A stretch of 32,000 nucleotides of DNA from Geobacter metallireducens GS-15 (GTDB lineage Bacteria > Desulfobacterota > Desulfuromonadia > Geobacterales > Geobacteraceae), in the NCBI RefSeq assembly GCF_000012925.1, contig NC_007517.1, positions 1,200,001 to 1,232,000 on the forward strand, given 5' to 3'. The notes beneath the pieces are model-generated. The model had not been told where the DNA came from. It ran no database searches and saw only the letters and a list, made by a program, of their open reading frames with translations. This document shows, one piece after another, positions 8,627 through 15,471 of this stretch. Each line of letters opens with the position of its first letter. Position 1 is the stretch's first letter. Made by a program: the position numbers and the translations under genes.

Positions 8627-9520
8627 TTAGCGGTACTGTTCCCTCATCAGGTCGGCAAAGGCGCGGGCCGCCGGGGAAAGCTCCCGCCCGTCCCGCTGCA
8701 CAAGGTAGAAAGTGCGGGAAATCTTCAGCCCGTCGACTGGAATCTCCACGAGTTCGCCGCGTCCCAGTTCCTTTCTCACCGAGATTTCCGACAGAAACGA
8801 TACTCCCAATCCGCTGGCCACGGCATGCTTGACCGCCTCGTTGCTCCCAAGGCTCGCCCGCACGGCAAGGGTGGCCGGCGCGACGCCGGCGCCGGCCAGG
8901 GCGTGCGCGATGGTCCGGGCCGTGCCGGAGCCCGGTTCGCGCATGATGAACTCCTGGCGGGCTAGGACGTCGATACCGACGGGTCCTCTGCCGGCCAGGG
9001 GGTGGGCGCTGCCGGCGATGAGCCTGATTTCGTCTCGCCCCAGGGGGGTGAAGGCGAACCCCTCGTCGTCGAAACGGCTCCCGATGATGCCGATCTCCAC
9101 CTCTTCCCGCGCCACCTTGTCCAGAATCTCCCGGCTGTCCCCCTGGAGAAGCGTCAGGCGGACACCGGGATGCCGCGCAAGGAAGAGGGGCAGGATCTCC
9201 GGGATCATGTGGTCGCCCGGAATGTTGCTTCCCCCCACGCGAAGTTCCGCCTCTTCCACCCCCCGGAAGCGCCGCATGGCCGGCTCGATCTCGCGGGCGC
9301 CCGCCACCACCCTGCGGGCGTGCTCCAGAAGGAGCTTTCCCCCCTCGGTCAGGAGCGCCCCACGCCCCGTGCGGTCCAGGAGTTTTACCCCCAGTTCATT
9401 TTCCAGGGCCGCGATATGCTGGCTCACCGTCGATTGGGTAATGAACGTGGCCTCGGCTCCCCGGGAGAAGCTGCCGCTTTCGGCCACGGCAAGGAAAACT
9501 TCCAGCTGCTTGAGGTTCAT
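8627..9520 (-). CDS. LysR-family transcriptional regulator
   Basis: 297 aa. The N-terminal wHTH MNLKQLEVFLAVAESGSFSRGAEATFITQSTVSQHIAALENELGVKLLDR is canonical for LTTRs, and a substrate-binding domain follows. Confidence 0.94.
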   Translation of the reverse strand: MNLKQLEVFLAVAESGSFSRGAEATFITQSTVSQHIAALENELGVKLLDRTGRGALLTEGGKLLLEHARRVVAGAREIEPAMRRFRGVEEAELRVGGSNIPGDHMIPEILPLFLARHPGVRLTLLQGDSREILDKVAREEVEIGIIGSRFDDEGFAFTPLGRDEIRLIAGSAHPLAGRGPVGIDVLARQEFIMREPGSGTARTIAHALAGAGVAPATLAVRASLGSNEAVKHAVASGLGVSFLSEISVRKELGRGELVEIPVDGLKISRTFYLVQRDGRELSPAARAFADLMREQYR

Positions 9521-9534
9521 GGGGGTTCTCCTGT

Positions 9535-9551
9535 TATCGGTATTTACGATA
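9535..9551. promoter_or_regulatory. Candidate LTTR box (T-N11-A dyad) in the lysR / yedF divergent region
   Basis: TATCG-GTATTTA-CGATA. This is a perfect 5-bp dyad containing T-N11-A, immediately upstream of the lysR SD. An adjacent direct repeat TTATCAA-AA-TTATCAA lies at 9565-9580. Confidence 0.35.
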
Positions 9552-9662
9552 TGAACTATTTAGTTTATCAAAATTATCAATTTGACCTTGTTCTGTCAAA
9601 TACGCAATACTTTACCAGAATTCGCTATGACGCCTGATGAACTTCGGATGAAGGGGTTTTGG

Positions 9663-10253
9663 ATGAAAATAATCGACTGCAGGAATATGGCCTGTCCCGC
9701 GCCGGTGGTTACCACCAAGCGGGCACTTGAGGAGGCGGGTGGCGAGACGGTGCAGGTCCTCGTGGACCCTGGAGCCCCCCGGGAGAACGTGATCCGCTTT
9801 GCCGAAAACCGCGGTTTTGCCGTCAGTGAAGTCGAGGCTGACAACGGTTTCGCCCTCACTATCACCTCGCCGGGGAGTGCCCCGGTCGAGCCGGTCCGGA
9901 CCGTGGCGGGGAAGGGGGGCAAGACCGTAATGCTCGTGGCCTCCGACCGGCTCGGGGACGGCCCCGAGGAGCTGGGGCGGCTCCTCATGAAGAACTTCAT
10001 CATCACCCTCCTTGACCTTGCGGAGCTTCCTGACCGGATGCTCTTCGTCAATACCGGGGTTCTTCTCACCACGGAAGGGTCCGAGGTGCTGGAGGCCCTG
10101 CAAAGCCTTGGTAATCGTGGGGTTGAGGTCCTCTCCTGCGGTGTCTGTCTCGACTTTTTCCACCGCAAGGAGAAGCTCGTGGCCGGATCGGTCACCAACA
10201 TGTTCACCATTGCCGAGAGCCTCTTGGGGGCAGGGTCGGTGGTCAGATTATAG
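9663..10253 (+). CDS. yedF: YedF-like protein: TusA/SirA-like domain fused to a DsrE-like domain (sulfur/selenium carrier family)
   Basis: MKIIDCRNMACPAPVVTTKRALEE carries the TusA CPxP motif. The C-terminal half (TVMLVASDRLG...FVNTGVLL...LSCGVCLDF) is DsrE/YedF-like. I chose the internal ATG at 9663 rather than the track start at 9582; the start is uncertain (9648 is also possible). Confidence 0.75.
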   Translation: MKIIDCRNMACPAPVVTTKRALEEAGGETVQVLVDPGAPRENVIRFAENRGFAVSEVEADNGFALTITSPGSAPVEPVRTVAGKGGKTVMLVASDRLGDGPEELGRLLMKNFIITLLDLAELPDRMLFVNTGVLLTTEGSEVLEALQSLGNRGVEVLSCGVCLDFFHRKEKLVAGSVTNMFTIAESLLGAGSVVRL

Positions 10254-10273
10254 TAGTTGCAAGGGAGTAAACT

Positions 10274-11290
10274 GTGTTGAAACGATATGTTATGTCTGTG
10301 GCAATCCTTATGTCCGTTGCCGTATCTACCGCTTTCGGCGCGGCGAGCCGGGCCGGGGTCGTGACCGTCGATGTGGACCTGTCGGCCCAGGAAAAGGGGA
10401 AAGAGGTGAAACTCTGGCTCCCCTATCCGGTCAGCGACGCCAATCAGTCAATCACCGGCATCAGCGTCACGGGAGACTACGCCGAGTCCGGCGTTTACAC
10501 CGACCGGGCCAACGGGACGCCCATCCTCTATACCCGGTGGAAGGACGACGCCACCAGCCGCAAGCTCTCCTTTACCTTTGCCGCCGAGCGGCAGGAGGTT
10601 GTCCGGCGTGCGTTCCCGAAGAAGGAGACGGCCTGGGATCCGGCCGACTACCGGCAGTACCTGGCCCCCACGAGCCTCGGCCCCACCAGCGGCGAGGTGA
10701 AGAAGCTGGCCGATTCCATAACCAAAGGGAAGCAGACGGTCTTGGAGAAAGCCCGGGCCATCTATGACTGGACCTGCGAGAACACCTATCGAGACCCCAA
10801 TACCAAGGGGTGCGGCAAGGGTGACGTCTGCGCCCTGCTCCAGAAGCCGGGCGGGAAGTGCACTGACATCTCCTCGGTCTTCGTCGCCCTCTCCCGCGCG
10901 GCCGGCGTGCCGGCCCGTGAGATCTTCGGCATCCGCCTCGGCAAGAAGGCCCAGGAGGATATCACCGGATGGCAGCACTGCTGGGTCGAGTTCTATCTCC
11001 CCGGCTACGGGTGGGTGCCGGTGGACCCGGCAGACGTCCGCAAGGCGATACTGGTGGAGAACCTGAAGCTGGACGATGCGACGACAAAGGAATGCCGGGA
11101 GTATTTCTGGGGGGGGATCGACCCCTACCGCATCGCGCTGGCCGTGGGGCGCGACCTGGTCCTCAATCCGCCCCAGGATGGGCCGCCTCTGAACACCTTC
11201 GGCTATCCCTATGCCGAGGTAGGGGGGAAGGCGGTCGATTTTTACGATCCGCAGGGTTTCCGCTACTCGATCAGGTACAGAGAAAAATAG
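10274..11290 (+). CDS. Secreted transglutaminase-like (Cys-His-Asp core) protein
   Basis: GTG start with SD AAGGGAG 6 nt upstream. Signal peptide MLKRYVMSVAILMSVAVSTAFGA. Transglutaminase-core pattern GKCTDISSVFVALSRAAGVPAR...WQHCWVEFYLPGYGWVPVDPAD. Confidence 0.85.
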   Translation: MLKRYVMSVAILMSVAVSTAFGAASRAGVVTVDVDLSAQEKGKEVKLWLPYPVSDANQSITGISVTGDYAESGVYTDRANGTPILYTRWKDDATSRKLSFTFAAERQEVVRRAFPKKETAWDPADYRQYLAPTSLGPTSGEVKKLADSITKGKQTVLEKARAIYDWTCENTYRDPNTKGCGKGDVCALLQKPGGKCTDISSVFVALSRAAGVPAREIFGIRLGKKAQEDITGWQHCWVEFYLPGYGWVPVDPADVRKAILVENLKLDDATTKECREYFWGGIDPYRIALAVGRDLVLNPPQDGPPLNTFGYPYAEVGGKAVDFYDPQGFRYSIRYREK

Positions 11291-11312
11291 GAGGCGGCTC
11301 CATGCCGCCTCC
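11288..11312 (-). terminator. Hairpin likely terminating the minus-strand cytochrome gene
   Basis: AGGAGGCGGC-tccat-GCCGCCTCCT forms a 10-bp stem. On the minus strand it is followed by ATTTTTC. Confidence 0.45.
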
Positions 11313-11333
11313 TCACCACATGAAGGATCTGCT

Positions 11334-11364
11334 GGGGGGCTCCCGTGAGGGGGCCCCCTTTTTT
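11334..11364 (+). terminator. Intrinsic terminator after the transglutaminase-like gene
   Basis: GGGGGCTCCC-gtga-GGGGGCCCCC forms a 10-bp stem with one G-U pair, followed by TTTTTTT. Confidence 0.75.
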
Positions 11365-11374
11365 TGCGCCAACG

Positions 11375-11821
11375 CTACTTCAGCGCGTCGGCGATGGAGT
11401 GGATTTCTTCCGGGGAGAGGGTGACGTGGAATCCCATGCCCCCTGCGTTACTGTCTATGGCGGACTGGATCATCTCCGCGGTGGCCCCCCTCAGGTTGGA
11501 CATGGTGCCGTGGCAACCGGCACAGTTGCTGGTGTAGTAGAGCGATGCGCCATCCACGGGCATGGACCGCTGGGCCACTGTTTTCTTCGCGGTCTTGCGG
11601 ACGGGCGACGGCTCGGGGAAATCGGCAGATCCCCTGAAGTCCTCGGTTGCGGCAGGGGTGCCGGCGGAAGATGTGTCGGAGAGTGTCTGGCCATGTCCCG
11701 TTGTGAGGCTGGCTCCGCCGGTACTTCCCGTGGCTGTTCCTGTTATGCAGATGACGCCATATGCCGCGAAGGCAATGGCCAGGGTCAGGATTTCCGTCAA
11801 TGTGAAAGTTCTGAATTTCAT
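11375..11821 (-). CDS. Monohaem c-type cytochrome with a pilin-like N-terminal segment
   Basis: 148 aa with SD GGAGGA. A single CXXCH (NCAGCHG) plus a distal Met region (GGMGF). A low-complexity Thr/Gly/Ser linker. The N-terminus MKFRT-FTLTEILTLAIAFAAYG resembles a class III (prepilin) signal with F+1 and E+5, but has Thr rather than Gly at -1. Confidence 0.85.
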   Translation of the reverse strand: MKFRTFTLTEILTLAIAFAAYGVICITGTATGSTGGASLTTGHGQTLSDTSSAGTPAATEDFRGSADFPEPSPVRKTAKKTVAQRSMPVDGASLYYTSNCAGCHGTMSNLRGATAEMIQSAIDSNAGGMGFHVTLSPEEIHSIADALK

Positions 11822-11932
11822 GATGTCCTCCGTTGTTTCCGTGAATTCAGTTAATGTTTGTCGTTAAGGGAGATAGCCATGAAGTTTGATCTCTGTGAGA
11901 TGTCATCACCTCCTTCCGCTGCCAGCCTGTCA

Positions 11933-12052
11933 AAATAAAAAGCCGGGTCGCCGCCTATCTGTGGTGTGATAGTTCGGCAACCCGGCTGTCTCGATGAGAC
12001 CCTGTAGGCTTTCCGCCCCATCCTCGCGGATGGTTTAGTAGTATCGCTATCG
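11933..12052 (-). promoter_or_regulatory. GEMM-I cyclic-dinucleotide riboswitch, copy A (aptamer plus intrinsic terminator)
   Basis: Minus-strand RNA: GAUAGCGAUACUACUAAACCAUCCGCGAGGAUGGGGCGGAAAGCCUACAGGGUCUCAUCGAGACAGCCGGGUUGCCGAACUAUC. It matches GEMM-I hallmarks: AAACC, a GNRA-capped hairpin (GCGA), GGNNNGNAAAGCC, a second hairpin and UUGCCGA, closed by P1 GAUAG/CUAUC. The terminator has 12-bp arms GCCGGGUUGCCG/CGGCGACCCGGC (11975-11986 / 11942-11953) followed by a U-rich tract. Confidence 0.85.
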
Positions 12053-12110
12053 CCTGAAGCTATTGCCGCGGCACAAGTCTGCGTCCACGGAAATTTTCAA
12101 GGCAATCCGG

Positions 12111-12232
12111 GAAAAACAAAAAAGCCGGGTCGCCGCCTATCTATTGTGATAGTTCGGCAACCCGGCTGTCTCGATGAGACCCTGTAGGCTTTCCGCCCCA
12201 TCCTCGCGGATGGTTTAGTAGTATCGCTATCT
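12111..12232 (-). promoter_or_regulatory. GEMM-I cyclic-dinucleotide riboswitch, copy B (aptamer plus intrinsic terminator)
   Basis: About 112 nt nearly identical to copy A at an offset of 180-182 nt. The only difference is a 2-nt indel plus a substitution in the terminator loop. Terminator arms are 12155-12166 / 12124-12135, followed by UUUUUUGUUUUU. Confidence 0.85.
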
Positions 12233-12262
12233 TCAGCCAGATTCGCTGATGAAAGTGTTGCT

Positions 12263-12293
12263 ATTGTGTAACCGATTTGTTTGTGTGTGTCAA
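12263..12293 (-). promoter_or_regulatory. Candidate sigma70 promoter driving the tandem riboswitch leader
   Basis: Minus strand: TTGACA (12293-12288), a 17-nt spacer, then TACACA (or CACAAT with a 19-nt spacer). It lies about 30 nt upstream of the riboswitch B P1 stem. Confidence 0.45.
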
Positions 12294-12321
12294 CTCTTAT
12301 GTGAAACTTGTCGTGAACTGG

Positions 12322-12753
12322 TTACCGTTTAAGGCCCAGGACATAGGCAACGAGGGTTTCCACCTCGATTTCCTGGAGGTTGCCGAAAGCGGGCATGCCG
12401 CCGGGGCGTCCCTTGGTGATGGTCTCCTTGATCGCCTCGGGAGTGCGACCGTACTTGAAGTCGGCCTTCTGGAGAGAGGGGGCGCTCATCCCTTTACCCT
12501 CTTCGCCGTGGCAACCGGCGCACTGTTTCTTGAAGATGGCTTTCCCCATGGCCTGCGTCTGCTGGTCACTCATGGGGCCTCCCATGGTTGTCTGAGGGAC
12601 CGCTCCCGTGGCCGGTTTTTCGGCCGGGGCCTGGACGGGCTTTTCCTGCTGCTTGCAGCCGGCGGCTGCCAGACAGCCGGCAAGGATAGCGACAACGATG
12701 ATGCTCCTGTGTCCCGAACCCTTCAGTTTCGTCACAATGGATCTGTCATGCAT
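12322..12753 (-). CDS. Monohaem class I c-type cytochrome, probable lipoprotein
   Basis: 143 aa with SD GGAGGGAG. Lipobox-like ILAGC / AAAGC, one CXXCH (QCAGCHGEEGKG), and a distal Met motif GGMPAF. Confidence 0.88.
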   Translation of the reverse strand: MHDRSIVTKLKGSGHRSIIVVAILAGCLAAAGCKQQEKPVQAPAEKPATGAVPQTTMGGPMSDQQTQAMGKAIFKKQCAGCHGEEGKGMSAPSLQKADFKYGRTPEAIKETITKGRPGGMPAFGNLQEIEVETLVAYVLGLKR

Positions 12754-12792
12754 GGTGCTCCCTCCGCTCTTTTGATGGGGATGTTTTAGGCG

Positions 12793-12820
12793 AGTATAAT
12801 GAAGCGATTCTGTATGTCAA
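12793..12820 (-). promoter_or_regulatory. Candidate sigma70 promoter for the cytochrome lipoprotein gene
   Basis: Minus strand: TTGACA (12820-12815), a 16-nt spacer, then TATACT (12798-12793), about 40 nt upstream of the ATG. Confidence 0.6.
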
Positions 12821-12838
12821 GGCACACGTCTCTCCAGC

Positions 12839-13987
12839 TCAGGGGATTCTCCGTACCTTCAGGATTCTGCCGAGCGCCACGGCCACCGGGAGTACTCCCC
12901 CCGAGAGGAGCGCCCCCATCTTGGCCGCACCCTCGATGTCGGGATCCACAAAGGCGACCCCCGCCACGAAGAGGGCTACGGTGAGCCCCATGCCGGCCAC
13001 CAGCCCCGTCAACGCCAGTTCCTTGAACCCAACCCTGTCCGGGAGGGGGAAGCCGAGGGCCTTTCCCAGTGAGCCCATGGTTAAGATGCCTGCCGTCTTG
13101 CCGACCAGGAGCGCTGTCAGCACGAGCCAGGTGGCCGTTCCCACTGAGGAGAAGCGGACTCCCGCGTTGGCGAGGCCGAAGAGGAAGAGGCCGAAGTCGA
13201 CGACGATCTTCCAGTCGTGCTCGAAACGGGCGAGGGGGGAGGTGTCGCGGGGATTTTCCTCGAACAGGTGCGCCGATTCCCGCGGAGGATGGGGGAGGAA
13301 GGGGATGATGAAGACGAGGGCCAGGGCCGGGTGGAGGTGGGCCTTGAACAGGCCGGTCCAGGAGAGCCCTCCCCCCACAAGTACATAGGGCCAGTAGCTC
13401 TTCGCCCTGGCGCCCCGCAGGATGTAGGCGGCCACGATGCCGGCCACCGTCAGGAAAAGCCACATCGGCTCGGTGGGGTGGACTGGATCGGGGTAGAAGA
13501 CGGCGATGATGGCAAGCCCGATGGCGTCGTCAGCCACGGCCAGGAGCAGGAGGAACGATACCGCCGGGTGGCCGGCGCCAAAGACCAGCCGCGCCACGAG
13601 CCAGGCCAGGGCAATGTCGGTTGCGGTGGGGATTCCCCACCCCTTGGTCAGGGTCGGGTCACCGATGACGGCATTGAGACTCAGGTAGACGAGCACTGGG
13701 CCGATGACGCCGCCGAGGGTCGCCAGCAGAGGGTTGACGGCCTTGCGGGGCGGGTTCAGGTCCCCGCCGGGAAGGCAGCTCTGGGTGATCTCGGCGGCTG
13801 CGATCCCGAAAAAGAGCACCATGAAGAGTTCATTGACCAGGAAATGGAGGCTGACCCCCCCGAAAGAAGGCTGATGGATAAGGGCATCATACCCCCGGGG
13901 ATCGAGGTTTGCCCAAGCGAGGGCTGTTATGACTCCGGCGATGAGGGGGACGGAGAACTCCCTCAGTAGATTGATCGGTTTTCTCAT
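12839..13987 (-). CDS. nhaA: Na+/H+ antiporter NhaA
   Basis: NhaA hallmarks: GWGIPTATDIA, LLAVADDAIGLAIIAVFY (the DD pair), and FGLANAGV. I chose the ATG at 13987 (MRKPINLL..., 382 aa) rather than the track start at 14143, which would overlap the upstream gene. Confidence 0.92.
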   Translation of the reverse strand: MRKPINLLREFSVPLIAGVITALAWANLDPRGYDALIHQPSFGGVSLHFLVNELFMVLFFGIAAAEITQSCLPGGDLNPPRKAVNPLLATLGGVIGPVLVYLSLNAVIGDPTLTKGWGIPTATDIALAWLVARLVFGAGHPAVSFLLLLAVADDAIGLAIIAVFYPDPVHPTEPMWLFLTVAGIVAAYILRGARAKSYWPYVLVGGGLSWTGLFKAHLHPALALVFIIPFLPHPPRESAHLFEENPRDTSPLARFEHDWKIVVDFGLFLFGLANAGVRFSSVGTATWLVLTALLVGKTAGILTMGSLGKALGFPLPDRVGFKELALTGLVAGMGLTVALFVAGVAFVDPDIEGAAKMGALLSGGVLPVAVALGRILKVRRIP

Positions 13988-14004
13988 GCAATCCTGTTCC
14001 TGAG

Positions 14005-14063
14005 AGCCGGCGGTGCCGGGAGGGTAGGGGAGGAGCCCTGTCTCCGCGGCGACACCGCCGGCT
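14005..14063. other. 11-bp perfect inverted repeat in the HAD / nhaA intergenic gap
   Basis: AGCCGGCGGTG (14005-14015) and CACCGCCGGCT (14053-14063) are separated by 37 nt that include a G-run tract GGGAGGGTAGGGGAGG. No U-tract follows. Confidence 0.4.
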
Positions 14064-14078
14064 GAGGTGCGACAAAAT

Positions 14079-14867
14079 TTATGCTGCCTTATTGTAACGC
14101 CGTTCGGGCCATCGTGCCGGGAGGGGGGGGCTTGTCCCCGCAAGGTCCCGGACTTGGCGCACCAGCGACCGCAAGTCTACTACGGCTGTCGAGCCGGACA
14201 CAAGGGGGCGTCTGCCGACGGAGAAGGCCGTTCCCCCCTGGCGCACCACCCAGCCGAGAGCCGTGGCATCGTTGGCGTCGCTGCCGGCGCATATGATTGC
14301 TCCCTCGTGCCTGAGAAGGTGGCAGAGGGCGCGCACGCCGAATTCCATGGTGATTTCGGGGAGAAAGAGGGCTTCCACCATGTCGGGGTACCGATAGAGG
14401 GCGCCGCGCCCGTCGCGGCAGGCTTCCTGGAGCCGGTCATCGAGGGTCCGCTTTGTCTTTGGTGCCGCGCCGGCGACATGGAAGACGGCAGACCAGCGGC
14501 GGTCCTCGAAGGTTACCCCCGGCAGTTCGGCAAGGTCCCGCAGCACCGGCAGGAGGATGTCCCGCTTTTCCATGAGGAGATCCTTGGGCCGGCCGGAAAG
14601 GGTCATGGAGTCCCCGCCGGGGATGTGCCATTCAGTCCCGCATCCCCCCCCGAGAAAAACTCCCGGTATGGCGACCCGGGAGACGAGGTCTTCAAGGGAG
14701 CGGCTGGAGAGGACCGCAACCCGTTCGCCGGGGGTGCCGGCGAGTTCCTCCAAAAGTTGGCGGGTGAGCCGGTGCAGGCGGGCCCTGGTCCGGTCGGTCC
14801 CCGCTGTCGTCAGTACACCATCAAAAGAAAATATCCAGAGTCTTTGTGACGAATCGTTCACCTTCAA
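14079..14867 (-). CDS. HAD-superfamily protein, trehalose-phosphatase-like, with degenerate catalytic motifs
   Basis: 262 aa. TTG start with SD GGGAGGTG 5 nt upstream. By eye it aligns to OtsB-type phosphatases: WIFSFDGVL vs WFFDLDGTL, LSSRS vs ISGRS, and GSDANDATA vs GDDLTDE. Confidence 0.7.
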   Translation of the reverse strand: MKVNDSSQRLWIFSFDGVLTTAGTDRTRARLHRLTRQLLEELAGTPGERVAVLSSRSLEDLVSRVAIPGVFLGGGCGTEWHIPGGDSMTLSGRPKDLLMEKRDILLPVLRDLAELPGVTFEDRRWSAVFHVAGAAPKTKRTLDDRLQEACRDGRGALYRYPDMVEALFLPEITMEFGVRALCHLLRHEGAIICAGSDANDATALGWVVRQGGTAFSVGRRPLVSGSTAVVDLRSLVRQVRDLAGTSPPLPARWPERRYNKAA

Positions 14868-15117
14868 GGTTACACCTCCCTGCGCGCCGTGGCGTCAGGC
14901 AACCGGGCGCGGCAGTTGCCCGGCTATCGCCATGGGATGGCGGCAGCCGGATCCGTGAGGGCCGTGGTCACGGCACAGTGGCACCGTGATTCCGGCCGGA
15001 TCACCGTTCAGGGTTCAGTGACAGCAGAGAGGAGGTGCGGCAGTGTTTGCGCCAAGCAGTCATGGACGTGACGAGATCGTCCGTCACCGGTCATTGCGCG
15101 CTGCACGCACCCCTTCA

Positions 15118-15471
15118 TCAGCAGTGGTTTTGAGGTGGGACGAAGAGATCGTAGAAGACCTGGGGCGGCGCCCGGAACGGCTCGAAAGGATGGAGATTCT
15201 CCACCGGCGGCGCATAGGCCGGCATGACAAGGGGGGCGATACAGGAAGGGTTGAAGTCGCCGTGGAACGCCTCGGATGCGGGGCCTCCCGACTCTCCCCC
15301 GTCGGAATCGGCGGTGATGCATCCGCAGTTCGCGTGTTTGGAGGGGGTCTGATCCTTCAGGTGAAGGGAGAGCGCAAGGCCGAAGCCGGACGTGGAGAGG
15401 AGCAGAAGGATCACAACCAGGGCCGCGGCGAGGACTCTATGGGAAAGGATAACGGTTTTCATGGCGTTCAT
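15118..15471 (-). CDS. Hypothetical membrane-anchored Cys/His/Pro-rich small protein
   Basis: 117 aa. N-terminal hydrophobic anchor VLAAALVVILLLLSTSGFGLAL, high GC3 consistent with coding, Cys/His clusters (HANCGC, SC, C-terminal NHC). No recognisable family and a weak SD. Confidence 0.55.
   Translation of the reverse strand: MNAMKTVILSHRVLAAALVVILLLLSTSGFGLALSLHLKDQTPSKHANCGCITADSDGGESGGPASEAFHGDFNPSCIAPLVMPAYAPPVENLHPFEPFRAPPQVFYDLFVPPQNHC

Noticed and set aside
11847-11906. 19-codon uORF (MTSHRDQTSWLSPLTTNIN) in the leader between riboswitch A and the cytochrome start, preceded by an 11-nt perfect anti-16S match AAGGAGGTGAT (11905-11915), plus TTGACA just after the terminator U-tract
   Set aside because: The SD core ends only about 2 nt from the ATG and in fact overlaps it, which is too close for initiation. 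The peptide has no notable features. The long SD-like tract may be a pause or standby site or a coincidence, and the TTGACA lacks a convincing -10. It is noted but not called.
12786-13463. 225-aa minus-strand ORF rich in Pro/Arg/Gly overlapping nhaA
   Set aside because: It is out of frame within the NhaA gene, whose own frame carries the canonical NhaA motifs. The composition is not protein-like.
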